64,000 nt of DNA from an uncultured Gemmatimonadales bacterium (GTDB taxonomy: Bacteria > Gemmatimonadota > Gemmatimonadetes > Longimicrobiales > Gaopeijiaceae): NCBI GenBank assembly GCA_963823035.1, contig CAWGKG010000010.1:96001-160000 (forward strand). The letters run 5' to 3'. A program made the position numbers and the translations under genes. Shown here piece by piece: positions 44,078-57,071 of this stretch. A model generated the notes under the pieces. It made no database searches. It was not told the origin of the DNA and saw nothing but the letters and a program-made list of their open reading frames with translations. How positions within the stretch are numbered: the first letter of the stretch is position 1; every line of letters starts with the position of its first letter.

Positions 44078-45514
44078 TCAGCTCTCTCCGGAGAGGGCAC
44101 GCGCGTCCACGAGCATGACGTCGTGGCGCCGCGCCACCTCGCGCACCAGCGGGGGGGGCGCCTCGCCCCTCACGAACAACAGCCGCAGCCGGCGTTCTCG
44201 CCCGAACCCGTAGCGCGTCTCGCGGATCTCCCGGTCGAGCACGTCGAGCGCGGGGCGGTCCCCCTGCCGCCAGAGCGTGGGCCGGCCGTAGAAGGCCGCG
44301 CCCGACGACAGGATGCCCGCGACGGGGATGTCGTAGCCCGCGCCCCACAGGCTACCGCACTCGCGCGCGTTGGCGCCGAGGGACTCGATCGCGTCGTGGC
44401 GCATGTACTGGCGGCATACCTCCGGGAGAATGGCGGCCACGTGCGAGGCCATCTCGCCGCGCACGCGCTCGGCGATCGCGTCGGCACCCTTTGCCGAGAC
44501 CAGCTCCTCCCTGTGCGGAAGCACGAAGCGGAACCAGAAGGCGAAGAATGGATCCGCGATCCGGTACCGTCGGTTGCGGCCGCGCGCGGAGGCATCGAGG
44601 GAGCGGCGCACCTCCACCAGCCCCATCTCCTCGAGCCGCTTCAGGTACGGGGCCACCTGTCCGCTCGCGGTCAGGTCCGCCACGCCCGCGTGCACCCCCG
44701 CCCAGTCCGACTCGCCGGACGACAGCGCGAGGAGAATGGCCGCATAGCGGGCGGGCGCCTGCGCCGCTCGCTCGAGGAGGTGGACCCCCGCGTCCACGAG
44801 GGGGCCGCCCCTCCTCAGCACGAGGCGGCGCAGGTTCGTGGCCAGCGACAGGCCCCGGTCGAGCAACGCCAGGTGGGCGGGGAGTCCGCCGAACACAGCG
44901 TACGCTTCCAGGCGGTCCACGGGTGTGGCGCCCGGAAGGAGCGGTGCGGAGGCCCGGAAGTCGAGCGGCGCGACGCGCACGTGCTCCGACGCCCCGTCCC
45001 ATGCGGTCGCCTCCTCGCCGCTGAAGTCCCTGGGGGACACCAGGATGACGTGCAGCGCGCGCCCGCGACCGCGAGCGTCGTCGATCGCCGCAGCCAGGGC
45101 AGGGAGGAGACGGACGCGCGCGGCGTCCAGGCGGTGTGCATCGTCGAGGACGAGCGCCGCGCCCCTTCCCTCGGGTACCGCCGCCGCCGCGGCGAGGAGG
45201 AGGGTCCGCCAGTCGTCCGCGGGGTCGGATCCCGACGCACGCGACGCGGTCGATGGCGCCGGTTCCCCCCGCAGGGCCTGCCACCCGCCCCCGCCGCGGC
45301 GCATCGCGGCGGCGAGCGCGACGCGCTGTGCGGGCTCGGGGAGGGGAGGGACGAGATGGTAGACGCGCGGGAGATCCGCGGTCGCAGCCAGCGCGAGGGT
45401 GGTCTTTCCCGCCCCCGGAAGACCAGACAACGTGACGATCCCGCCCTGCACGCGGTCGAGGGCCGTGCGCAGGATCCCCAGCTCCCGACTCCTGCCGGCC
45501 CGTGCTGACGCCAT
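44078..45514 (-). CDS. AAA ATPase with winged helix and DUF234-like C-terminus
   Basis: 'GRSREL', Walker A 'GLPGAGKT', 'LVLDDAH', 'FGGLPAHL', 'YLKRLEEMGLV', 'YRIADPFFAFWFRFV'. Confidence 0.78.
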   Translation of the reverse strand: MASARAGRSRELGILRTALDRVQGGIVTLSGLPGAGKTTLALAATADLPRVYHLVPPLPEPAQRVALAAAMRRGGGGWQALRGEPAPSTASRASGSDPADDWRTLLLAAAAAVPEGRGAALVLDDAHRLDAARVRLLPALAAAIDDARGRGRALHVILVSPRDFSGEEATAWDGASEHVRVAPLDFRASAPLLPGATPVDRLEAYAVFGGLPAHLALLDRGLSLATNLRRLVLRRGGPLVDAGVHLLERAAQAPARYAAILLALSSGESDWAGVHAGVADLTASGQVAPYLKRLEEMGLVEVRRSLDASARGRNRRYRIADPFFAFWFRFVLPHREELVSAKGADAIAERVRGEMASHVAAILPEVCRQYMRHDAIESLGANARECGSLWGAGYDIPVAGILSSGAAFYGRPTLWRQGDRPALDVLDREIRETRYGFGRERRLRLLFVRGEAPPPLVREVARRHDVMLVDARALSGES

Positions 45515-45547
45515 CGCTTCCCTCGGAATATTGGTAACTCTATACCG

Positions 45548-45573
45548 ATTAGCGTAATCATATTTATGCTAAT
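45548..45573. promoter_or_regulatory. Inverted repeat in the AT-rich divergent promoter region
   Basis: ATTAGCGTAA-tcatat-TTATGCTAAT, 9 of 10 arm positions complementary. Confidence 0.55.
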
Positions 45574-45653
45574 AGCTGTTGCCACACCAGCCCTCAACCG
45601 TGAGCGTTGTACCTCGTCCTTCCCCCCGCGCCCCACCGAGGAGTTGCCTTTCC

Positions 45654-47843
<2,190 letters not shown>

Positions 47844-48024
47844 CCCTCGACGTATCGTAGCGACGGCGACCGCGGGTTGCCGACACGCCGGACCCCTTCT
47901 CGCCTACTGCCGGGCGCGGAGGTGGCGTGCTCGGCAACTCGCGGTTTCGTCTCGAGGCTCGACCGTGGGAGCGGCCCCCGCGCCGTCGCCCCATATTGGC
48001 GGCTCCCCCGTCGCCGAGTCTCGC

Positions 48025-50109
48025 ATGTCCCGATCCGCCGGTCCCGCTCGCTACCACCCCCTCGTCGCCCACGCCGCCCTCGTGGTGCTCGCCTCCTGCG
48101 GGACTCCGTCCGACGTGGACTGGCCCGTCTACGGCGGCGACGACGGGCACACCCACTACACGACACTCGACCAGATCTCGCCGGCCAACGTGGCGGAGCT
48201 GCAGGTGGCCTGGACGTTCGACACGGACGACGCCTTCGACGGCTCGGAGATGCAGGCCAACCCGATCGTCGTGGACGGCGTGCTCTACGCCACCACCCCG
48301 AAGTTGCAGGTCTTCGCGCTGGACGCGGCCACGGGTCGGCAACTCTGGCGCTTCGACCCGACGGGTGGGGAGGGGCCGATTTCACGGATCCGCCACCGTG
48401 GCGTGGTGGTGACCGGCGACCGGGTCCTGTTCAACTACCGCAACCGGCTGTACGCCCTCGACCGGGCCACCGGCCAGCCCGTACCGACCTTCGGGAAGGA
48501 CGGCCAGGTGGACCTCCGCGAGGGGCTGGGCCGTCCCGTCGAGGGGCTCAGCGTGAGCGCGAGTTCGCCGGGCGTGGTCTTCGAGGACCTCCTCATCCTC
48601 GGAAGCTCGGTGCCCGAGTCGCTGCCGAGCGCACCCGGCGACATCCGCGCCTACGACGTGAGGACCGGCGCCCTCCGCTGGAGCTTCCACACGATCCCGC
48701 ATCCGGGCGAGTACGGCTACGACACCTGGCCGCCGGACGCCTGGCAGGTGTCCGGCGGCGCCAACGCGTGGAGCGGCGTGACGCTCGACCGCGAGCGCGG
48801 GATGGTGTTCGCGGCGACCGGGTCGGCGTCGTACGACTTCTATGGTGCCAACCGGGCGGGCGACGACCTGTTCGCCAACAGCGTGCTGGCGCTGGACGCG
48901 CGCACGGGAGAGCGCGTCTGGCACTACCAGGCGCTGCACCACGACCTGTGGGACCGGGACTTCCCCGCGCCCCCCGTGCTGGTGACGGTGACCCGGAGTG
49001 GCCGCTCGGTCGACGCGGTCGCGCAGATCACCAAGACCGGCCACGTCTGGGTGTTCGACCGCGATACCGGCGAGCCGCTCTTTCCCGTGGAGGAGCGAGA
49101 CATGCCCGGCGGCGGGCTCGACGGCGAGCGGACCGCGGCGCGGCAGCCGTTCCCGCTCTTGCCGCCCCCGTTCGCGCGCCAGCGGCTCACGAAGGACGAC
49201 CTCACCCGGCGCACGCCGGAGGCCCACGCCGCGGCGCTGAAGACCTTCGAGGAGTTCGGGACCGAGGATCCGTTCTCGCCCCCGAGCGAGCGCGGCACGA
49301 TCCTCTTTCCGGGCGTCGACGGGGGCGGGGAGTGGGGCGGGCCGGCGTTCGACCCCGAGACCGGGCTGCTCTACGTGAACTCGAACGAGATGGCCTGGCT
49401 CCTCAAGCTCGTGCCGAGGAGCGACGCATCACTCTACCAGGCCGATTGCGCCAGTTGCCATGGCGCCGGGCGGGAGGGCACGGCGCTGGCGCCATCGCTC
49501 CTCGGTGTCGGCCGGCGCCGCACGCACGAGCAGCTCGTGCAGATCGTGCGCGAGGGGACCGGGCGCATGCCGGCCTTCGCGGCGGCGGTGGGGCGGGGAG
49601 CCATCGAGGACATCGTCCGCTACCTCGAGACCGGCGTCGACGCGACGGCGAACGAGGTGGCGTCGACGCCCTACGACCTCCCCTACCGGACCGCGTACTT
49701 CGACATCTTCCTCGACCCCGACAGCTTCCCGGCCATCTCGCCGCCCTGGGGCACGCTCAACGCGATCGACCTGAACGAGGGCGAGATCCGCTGGTCGATC
49801 CCCTTCGGCGAGTATCCCGCGCTCGCGGCCGAGGGCATCACCGGCACGGGCACCGACAACTACGGTGGCGCGATCGTCACGAAGAACGGCCTCCTCCTCA
49901 TCGCGGCGACCACCTACGACGACCGCATCCGCGCCTTCGACAAGGCCACCGGGGAGTTGCTCTGGCAGGCGCCCCTGCCCGCCGCGGGCAACGCGACCCC
50001 GTCCACCTACATGGTGAACGGGAAGCAGTACGTCGTCATCGCCTGCGGAGGTGGCAAGAACGGGGCGAAGAGCGGCGGGACATACGTCGCGTTCGCGCTA
50101 CCGGACTAG
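48025..50109 (+). CDS. PQQ-dependent dehydrogenase lipoprotein with cytochrome c insert
   Basis: Lipobox 'LASC'; propeller repeats 'ALDAATGRQLW', 'HHDLWDRD', 'PPWGTL'; heme motif CASCH. Confidence 0.85.
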   Translation: MSRSAGPARYHPLVAHAALVVLASCGTPSDVDWPVYGGDDGHTHYTTLDQISPANVAELQVAWTFDTDDAFDGSEMQANPIVVDGVLYATTPKLQVFALDAATGRQLWRFDPTGGEGPISRIRHRGVVVTGDRVLFNYRNRLYALDRATGQPVPTFGKDGQVDLREGLGRPVEGLSVSASSPGVVFEDLLILGSSVPESLPSAPGDIRAYDVRTGALRWSFHTIPHPGEYGYDTWPPDAWQVSGGANAWSGVTLDRERGMVFAATGSASYDFYGANRAGDDLFANSVLALDARTGERVWHYQALHHDLWDRDFPAPPVLVTVTRSGRSVDAVAQITKTGHVWVFDRDTGEPLFPVEERDMPGGGLDGERTAARQPFPLLPPPFARQRLTKDDLTRRTPEAHAAALKTFEEFGTEDPFSPPSERGTILFPGVDGGGEWGGPAFDPETGLLYVNSNEMAWLLKLVPRSDASLYQADCASCHGAGREGTALAPSLLGVGRRRTHEQLVQIVREGTGRMPAFAAAVGRGAIEDIVRYLETGVDATANEVASTPYDLPYRTAYFDIFLDPDSFPAISPPWGTLNAIDLNEGEIRWSIPFGEYPALAAEGITGTGTDNYGGAIVTKNGLLLIAATTYDDRIRAFDKATGELLWQAPLPAAGNATPSTYMVNGKQYVVIACGGGKNGAKSGGTYVAFALPD

Positions 50110-50600
50110 CCGCCCCACCCCTCGTCGGCCGTGGGGCCGTACATGGACGGCACGGGCACGTCGAGCAGGCGCAGGTACACACCGAGCTGCGCGCGGTGGT
50201 GCACGAGGTGGCTCATGTGCATGCGTACCACCTGCCAGCGCGGCGCGCTCATGAGCTCGTGGGCACCGTGCTTGAGCGCCCACGTAACCTGCCAGTCTTC
50301 CTCCTTCACCGCCTGGATCGCCTCGCGCGACGAGGCGACGTTCTCGTCGAAGCCACGCAAGAGCGTCTCGGTCGTCTCCGACGAGTAGCCGGCCCCGGCC
50401 CCCAGATCGAGCGAGGTCTCGCGTAGCGTCTGCCCGATCCAGCCCGGCATCCACGACACGAGCTGGGCCAGGTGCTCCAGCGAGAAGGACTTCTCGTGCG
50501 GCTTCCAGGAGCCCTCCCCGTCCGGCACGCGCTCGAGGAGGCGTCTCGTGGTCGCCATCTCCTGATCGAACTCCAGCAGGAGCTCTTCCTTCCTGTTCAT
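50106..50600 (-). CDS. DinB family protein
   Basis: 'WKPHEKS', 'HLVHHRAQLGVYLR', 'VPSMYGP'. Confidence 0.88.
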   Translation of the reverse strand: MNRKEELLLEFDQEMATTRRLLERVPDGEGSWKPHEKSFSLEHLAQLVSWMPGWIGQTLRETSLDLGAGAGYSSETTETLLRGFDENVASSREAIQAVKEEDWQVTWALKHGAHELMSAPRWQVVRMHMSHLVHHRAQLGVYLRLLDVPVPSMYGPTADEGWGG

Positions 50601-50649
50601 GACCAGCACCTCCTTCCCGGTAGGGGTCGTGGCGCCGCCGCCGGCGACG

Positions 50650-53600
50650 TCAGCTGATGAGCTTCCGGTCCCCCTTCTTGAGGACGACCGGGTCGAGGCC
50701 CAGCGAGCGGATCAGGTCGTTGAAGCGAGCCAGGTCCTGGTCGAGCACCGCCTGAAGCCGCCCCTGCACGTCGGATACCTGCGTACGCAGCTCGCCCAGC
50801 CGGGCAACGGCCTGGTCGGTGGGCGGTGCATCGACCGTGCCGACGGTGCCGGCCACGGTGTTGTAGAGGTACGCCAGCTCGGCGGTGAGCTTCCCGGGGT
50901 AGTCGAGCGGGTCGTAGAAGCTCTTGCTCTTCGTCTGCTGGATCTCCTCCTCGAGGCCCGTGAGCTTCCCGCCCAGCGAGTCGGCCGCGGCCTTCACGCG
51001 CGCGACGTCCGCCTCTGCGATCCCGGCGTCGGCGGCCAGGGCGGCCAGATCCTTCGACTGGTCGCGCACCGACCGCAGGTCGTCCATCCGGTCGGCCATC
51101 CCCTCGATGACCCCGCCGAGGTCCTTCAGGAAGCGGTACTGCGCCACGAAGTCCTCCTGCGCCACGCTCGTGCGCGGGTCGGGGAGCACCTGCAGCGTCT
51201 GGCTCTGCACGTCGTCGCCGACCTTCAGCGTCACCGTGTAGTCGCCCGGAGGCGCGGCCGGCTGGGTGATCGCGCCGAAGAGCACCGTGCCCGCGGGGAG
51301 GCGGGGCTGCGGGTAGAGGAGGTTCCACGTCGTGCGGTGCAGCCCCTTCGTCTTCGGCAGGAGGTTGCCGCCGCCCGCGAAGCCGAAGAGCTCGGCGAGC
51401 GCCGCGAACGCGCCCAGATCCGGCCCGGCCTGCGCCTCGCTCGAGAGGGTCGCGGCGGTGTCGCCGGCCGCGTCGGTGATCGTGATCGTGACGGGTCCGT
51501 CCACGTCCTCGGCCAGCGAATAGTGGATCATCGCGCCGTCCGGAGGATTCTGCGTGCGCGTCCCGGTGGGGGTGGCGCCGGGCGCGCCCCCGCCGAAGAA
51601 GGCACGGTACGCCGGCCGCACGGGATAGAGATGCGCGGGCGCCGCCATGGTCGAGGCGGTCATCGAGCGCAGCGGCGTCACGTCGTCGAGGATCCAGAAG
51701 GAGCGTCCCTGCGTGGACACCACCAGGTCGCCGTGGTGCACGGCGATGTCGGTGACCGGGGTGACCGGCAGGTTCCGCTGGAAGGGCTGCCAGTGCGCTC
51801 CGTCGTCGAAGGACACGTAGGCGCCGAACTCCGTCCCGGCGTAGAGAAGCCCATCCCGCTCCGGGTCCTCGCGCACCACGCGGGTGAAGTGGTCCGCGGG
51901 GATGCCGTTGGTGCCGTCCGTGAGGAGCCGCCAGCTCCTGCCGTAGTCGGTCGTCTGCCAGAGATAGGGATGCATGTCCGCCTGACGGTAGCGGTACGCC
52001 GCCACCGTCACCCGGCCGGGCGTGCGTCGGGAGATGTCGATCGAGTTGACGGTCGCACCCTCGGGGAAGCCGCGCGGCGTCACGTCCGTCCAGGTCGCGC
52101 CGTCGTCGCGCGACACGTGGATCAGCCCGTCGTCGCTTCCGGCCCAGAGCACGCCCGTCTCGAGCGTCGACTCCTCCAACGCGAAGATCGTCCCGTACAC
52201 CTCGACCCCCGTGCCGTCGTGCGTGATCGGCCCGCCCGCGTAGCCCTGGTAGGCCGGGTCGTTCGTGGTCAGGTCGGGGCTGATGACCTCCCAGGACTGC
52301 CCGGCGTTGCGCGAGCGGTGCACGCGGTTGGAGGTGTGGTACAGCACGTTCGGGTCGTGCGGGGAGATGCGGATCGGGGCGTCCCACTGGAATCGGTAGC
52401 GCAGGTCGGAGATCTTCTGCGCCATCTGGTTCTGCGGATACGCCTGGATCTCCCGCGTCTGCCCCGTGCGCACGTCGTAGCGGTTGATGGTCCCGCCGTA
52501 GCAGCCCGCGTAGACGATGTTCGGGTCGCGCGGATCGATCGCGACGTGGCCGCTCTCGCAACCGCCGACCTGGTACTCCTGCTCGAAGTCCGAGATGACG
52601 GCGGGCGAGAGCCGGCTGGGCACCGACACCGTGGAGTTGTCCTGCTGGGCGCCGTACAGCCGGTACGGGAACTGCTCGTCCACGGCGACGCGGTAGAGCT
52701 CAGCGGTGGGCTGGTTGCGCTGCGTCGACCAGCTCCGGCCGCCGTTGAGCGTGACGGTCGCGCCGCCGTCGTCGCCCTCGATCATGATGTCGGGGTTGTC
52801 CGGGTTGATCCACAGCTTGTGGCTGTCCCCGTGCGGCACGGTCGGGGTGGGCACGAAGCTCGCGCCGCCGTCCACGGACTTGTACAGCAGCACGTTGTCG
52901 ATCCAGACGGTGTTCTCGTCCTGCGGGTCGGCCGTCATCCGCATGTAGTACCAGGGCCGGTGGAACAGCTGCTTCTCGTTCGTGAGCCGCCGCCAGCTGT
53001 CCCCGCCGTTGTCGGAGCGGTACACGCCACCCTTCTCGTCCCCCGCTTCGATGACCGCCCACACCCGGTTCGGATTGGCCGGCGACACCGTGAGGCCCGC
53101 CTTGCCGAAGAGCCCCGTGGGGAGGCCGCCGCCGAGCTTCTGCCAGGAGTCGCCGCCGTCCTTGCTCCGGTAGATCCCGCCCTCCATGGCACCCGAGATC
53201 ATGCTCCAGGGGAGGCGCTGCGCCCGCCACGCCGCCGCGTAGAGGATGCGCGGGTTTCGCGGATCGAGGGCGACGTCGATGACGCCGGTGGAATCGGAGA
53301 CGAAGAGGACCTTCTCCCAGCTCTTCCCGCCGTCCTTCGTGCGGAAGACGCCGCGCTCCTCGTTGCGGCCGAACAGGCTGCCGAGCGCGGCGACGTACAC
53401 GAGATCGGGGTCGGTCGGATGCACCTGGATCTTCCCGATCTGGCCGGCGGCACGCAGGCCGATGTGCGCCCACGTCTTCCCCTTGTCCGTCGAGCGGTAC
53501 ATGCCGATGCCGGGCGACACGTTGCCGCGCGGCTCCGCCGAGCCGGTACCGACGTAGATCACGTTCGGGTCGGAGGGCGCCACGGTGATCGCGCCCACCG

Positions 53601-53925
53601 AGCCGACCTCGAATTGGCCGTCGGTGATGTTGCGCCAGGAGACACCCGCGTCGTCGCTCTCCCAGACGCCGCCACCCGTGTTGCCCATGTAGAAGTGGAA
53701 GGGCTCGCCGCGCACCCCGGTCACCGCGGTCACACGTCCGCCTCGCCAGGGTCCCACGTTCCGGTAGCTGAAGGCCGACAGGAACGCGGGGTCGACCGTA
53801 CCGGCCGGCGGGGTCTGGGCGGACAGGCCGCCCGCGCACAACGCGCCCGCCGCGGGAAGGACGAGGAAGGCCAGGCGAGCCAGGAGGCCCGCCCGGCCGA
53901 ACGAGATGCGGGACGTCGCGTTCAT
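50650..53925 (-). CDS. Secreted VPS10/BNR-repeat beta-propeller protein (glycosyl hydrolase-like)
   Basis: Signal peptide; many Asp-box repeats (SDDAGVSW, STDKGKTW, SKDGGDSW, SRDDGATW); 'GPWRGGR'. Confidence 0.85.
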   Translation of the reverse strand: MNATSRISFGRAGLLARLAFLVLPAAGALCAGGLSAQTPPAGTVDPAFLSAFSYRNVGPWRGGRVTAVTGVRGEPFHFYMGNTGGGVWESDDAGVSWRNITDGQFEVGSVGAITVAPSDPNVIYVGTGSAEPRGNVSPGIGMYRSTDKGKTWAHIGLRAAGQIGKIQVHPTDPDLVYVAALGSLFGRNEERGVFRTKDGGKSWEKVLFVSDSTGVIDVALDPRNPRILYAAAWRAQRLPWSMISGAMEGGIYRSKDGGDSWQKLGGGLPTGLFGKAGLTVSPANPNRVWAVIEAGDEKGGVYRSDNGGDSWRRLTNEKQLFHRPWYYMRMTADPQDENTVWIDNVLLYKSVDGGASFVPTPTVPHGDSHKLWINPDNPDIMIEGDDGGATVTLNGGRSWSTQRNQPTAELYRVAVDEQFPYRLYGAQQDNSTVSVPSRLSPAVISDFEQEYQVGGCESGHVAIDPRDPNIVYAGCYGGTINRYDVRTGQTREIQAYPQNQMAQKISDLRYRFQWDAPIRISPHDPNVLYHTSNRVHRSRNAGQSWEVISPDLTTNDPAYQGYAGGPITHDGTGVEVYGTIFALEESTLETGVLWAGSDDGLIHVSRDDGATWTDVTPRGFPEGATVNSIDISRRTPGRVTVAAYRYRQADMHPYLWQTTDYGRSWRLLTDGTNGIPADHFTRVVREDPERDGLLYAGTEFGAYVSFDDGAHWQPFQRNLPVTPVTDIAVHHGDLVVSTQGRSFWILDDVTPLRSMTASTMAAPAHLYPVRPAYRAFFGGGAPGATPTGTRTQNPPDGAMIHYSLAEDVDGPVTITITDAAGDTAATLSSEAQAGPDLGAFAALAELFGFAGGGNLLPKTKGLHRTTWNLLYPQPRLPAGTVLFGAITQPAAPPGDYTVTLKVGDDVQSQTLQVLPDPRTSVAQEDFVAQYRFLKDLGGVIEGMADRMDDLRSVRDQSKDLAALAADAGIAEADVARVKAAADSLGGKLTGLEEEIQQTKSKSFYDPLDYPGKLTAELAYLYNTVAGTVGTVDAPPTDQAVARLGELRTQVSDVQGRLQAVLDQDLARFNDLIRSLGLDPVVLKKGDRKLIS

Positions 53926-53989
53926 GGGTGCCGCTCCGAGGAGGCGGATCGAATGTGCACGGAGCGACAGAATACTACGCGGCGCTCGT

Positions 53990-55667
53990 CTACGGCATCC
54001 CCGGAGGCGGCACCCGCCGCTTCGTCGCCTGCTCGAAGGCGTAGGCCAGCTCGAGCAGGCGCGGCTCGCTGCACGCTCCGCCCGTGAAGCTCACGCCGCA
54101 GCGGCTGGGGCTTGGCGACGAAGCCTTCCGGGAAGGGCGGCCCGAACGGCCGGTTCTCCACGAAGGCGAAGGGCACGATCACGGTCGGGTAGCCGGGCTT
54201 GGCGGCGATGCCGGCGCTGCCCGGTCCGGCGAAGAGGAGCGCGTCCAGCTGGTTCGCCGCCATGGCCTCGTCGATGCCGTGCTCGCCGTTCAGCCGCAGG
54301 TCGCGCGCCCGGTCCGCCTCGTAGGTCGCCTTGTCCTCGTCCAGGTCCAGCGTGTCGGCGCCGTCGAGGCGGGCCTGCTCGTACTTCATCGACCCGCCCG
54401 CCCGGTGCGCGAGGTTCCACTCGCGCAGCTCGGTGAGCGACTTCACGGGCGCGCCGTCGCCGAGGGATGCGAGCCACAGGTTGAAGTCGCGCTTCATGCC
54501 GTAGTCGAGCACGCTGCTGCGCCCGTTGAGGAGCAGGTTGTTCGCGGAGTCCGGGTCGAGGACGCTCGGGATGTTCGCCGGATCGACGATCACGGCGCCC
54601 TGCTCCTTCAGGATCGCGACCACGGTGTCCATGACCGCACGCTCCTGGTCGGAGAGACCGCCGCGGAAGCGATCGGAGCCGGGCGCCTGCACGGAGTCGT
54701 AGTACATGGCCCGGGGGATGCCGATGCGCGCGCCCTGCAGGCCGTCCGCGTTCAGGAACGCCGTGTAGTCGTTGTTCGGCGGCGGCGAGCAGGTCGACGT
54801 CGCCGGATCGTTCGGGTCCGGCGCGGACCCCTCGAGGGCGCCCAGCATGATCGCGGCGTCCGTGACCGTGCGCGCCATGGGCCCGGGCGTGTCCTGGTCG
54901 GCGGTGATCGGGATCACGCCGTAGCGGCTCACCCGCCCGACCGTCGGCTTCACCGCCGCGAGCATGTTCTGGTTGGACGGGGACAGGATGGATCCGGAGG
55001 TCTCCGTGCCGACGTTCGCCGCCCAGAAGCTCATCGCGGTGCCGATGCCCGATGACGATCCGCCGGTGGTCATGACCGGACGCCCGTCGTCGCGGCCCTC
55101 GCGCGGGTCACGACGCGGGTCGTACGGGTTCATGCCGTAGCCGCCGATCGCGCTGTAGTTCCCGGGCATGCCGGACGCCATGAAGTTGGCCAGCTCGGTC
55201 ATGACCGTCTTCGCGAGGATGATCGCGCCCGCGTCCTCGAGGTTCTTCGTGAGCGTCGCCTCGTAGGGCGGCGTGAAGTCACGGAAGGCCAGCGCGCCCC
55301 CGGTGGTAGGCATCTCGGTGGTGTGGATGTTGTCCTTCAACGCCACCGGGATGCCGTGGAGAGGTCCGAGCAGTTGGCCGGCCGCGCGCATCCGGTCGAG
55401 CGAGTCCGCGATCTCGAGCGCGTGCGGGTTCACCGCGATCGTCGCGTTGACGCGCTCCTCGTACGTGGCGATGCGCATCAGAGAGGCCTCGACCAGCGCA
55501 CGCGACGTGACGGTTCCATCCGCCATCGCCTGCTGCATCTCGGGGATGGTCGCCTCGACCACGTCGAAGCGCTCGGAGGGCTTCGCGGACGCCGTGCAGG
55601 CGGCCAGGAGGGGAAGGAGAACCACAACCGCCCGCACGCGTGCGGGCTGCTTCGGGAGCGTCGTCAT
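53990..55667 (-). CDS. Amidase (amidase-signature family) lipoprotein, frameshifted near 54100
   Basis: 'LAAC'; 'LHGIPVALKDN', 'GGSSSG', 'GTETSGSI'; tail 'GVSFTG...LELAYAFEQATKRR' in another frame, stop at 53990. Confidence 0.88.
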
Positions 55668-56881
55668 CGCAGTGCCTCCAGGACCATGCCGATGAATTCG
55701 TCGAATGCGCCGCCGTCGATCCAGCGGGCCACCACGACCAGGTCGTTCTCCCGGTCGACGTACACGATGTTCGCGCCGGCGCCGCGATGTGCGAACGCGG
55801 ACTCCGGCGCGTGCGGGTACATCTTCCCGCCGGTGTTGAGGAACCAGTTCATGAAGCCGTAGCCGGGGTTGGCCGGCGTGGGCGTCGTGGCCATCCGGTA
55901 CCACGCGTCCGAGAAGATGCGCTGCCCCTTCCAGGTCCCGGCGTGCAGCGTCAGCAGCCCGAGGCGCGCCTGGTCGTAGGCGTTGATGAACATGCCGCCG
56001 CCCCAGTGCCCGCCGCCGCCCACCGCCTGCACCATGTGCCCGTCGAGCGGGATCCACGAGTTGTCGTAGCCCATCCACCGCCACGTGGGGGACGCGCCGA
56101 TCGGGTCCATCACCAGATCGCGCAGCACCTCCGGGAGCGGGCGACGCCACACCATCTGTGCGGCGAGGGCGAGCACGTTGACGCGCGTGTCGTTGTATTC
56201 CCACGCCGAGCCGGGCGCGACGCGGGGGCGGGTGACCCAGGTGGAGGGATCGCCGCTCGGGCGGTCCGCCCACTCCGGCTTGCCCCAGAGCGTCCCCTCC
56301 CAGTCGCTGACCTGACGGAGGAGGTCGTCCCAGGTGATCGTGCGGTTGTGGGCGGACTCGAAGAGGAGCTTCGGCCGCCGGCCGGCCTGATCGCCGGGCT
56401 CGCCGTCTCCGTCGTCGAGGAGCACCGGCGCGACGTAGGCCCGCACCGTGTCGTGGACGTCCCGGATGAGGCCCCGGTCGACCGCGAGCCCGACGGTGGT
56501 CGACAGGAAGCTCTTGGTGACGCTGAAGGTCATGTCCACGCGAGCCGGCTCCCCCCACTCGGCCACGATGTAGCCGTGGCGGACCACGAGCCCGCCCTGG
56601 GGCCCGCGGGCGATGAACGGCCCGACGGGCTCTCCGTGCGGCTCGCGCCCGAAGCTGAGCTGGTGGTTCAACGCGAGGTCGCGGGGCGAGCTCGCCTCGT
56701 GCGCCTGCGCGAACGCGATCGCCCGGCCGAGCGCGGCCGCGTCGAAGCCGACGGCGTCGGGGGTGCGGTGCTCCCAGTCGGGGTGGCGTCCGGGGAAGTA
56801 GTCCTGCGCCGCCGCCTGGGCGCACCCGAGCGCGAGGAGAAGCGCCGGGAGGCCGTAGCGGACGGAAGCCGTTCGGTGCAT
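55664..56881 (-). CDS. Serine hydrolase, beta-lactamase family
   Basis: Signal peptide; 'FSVTKS' (SxxK), 'WEYND', 'HRGAG'. Confidence 0.85.
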   Translation of the reverse strand: MHRTASVRYGLPALLLALGCAQAAAQDYFPGRHPDWEHRTPDAVGFDAAALGRAIAFAQAHEASSPRDLALNHQLSFGREPHGEPVGPFIARGPQGGLVVRHGYIVAEWGEPARVDMTFSVTKSFLSTTVGLAVDRGLIRDVHDTVRAYVAPVLLDDGDGEPGDQAGRRPKLLFESAHNRTITWDDLLRQVSDWEGTLWGKPEWADRPSGDPSTWVTRPRVAPGSAWEYNDTRVNVLALAAQMVWRRPLPEVLRDLVMDPIGASPTWRWMGYDNSWIPLDGHMVQAVGGGGHWGGGMFINAYDQARLGLLTLHAGTWKGQRIFSDAWYRMATTPTPANPGYGFMNWFLNTGGKMYPHAPESAFAHRGAGANIVYVDRENDLVVVARWIDGGAFDEFIGMVLEALR

Positions 56882-57071
56882 CACGTGATCTCCGGGAAGC
56901 GGATCGAAGGGGCGTAGCCTAGGCTCCCACGCGGCGCTCCGCCACGGGGGCCGTCCACCGCGGCCCGGTCGCAGGATCCGACGCGCTTCCCCGGAGCGGT
57001 GGCCTCCCCTCTCCCCGGCGTCCCCTCTATCTTGGCGCGGCCCTGGTCACGACGTCCCCGGAGCACCCAAG

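Noticed and set aside
48025..50109. Cytochrome c inserted in a PQQ propeller
   Set aside because: A recognised architecture among PQQ dehydrogenases; nothing distinctive here.
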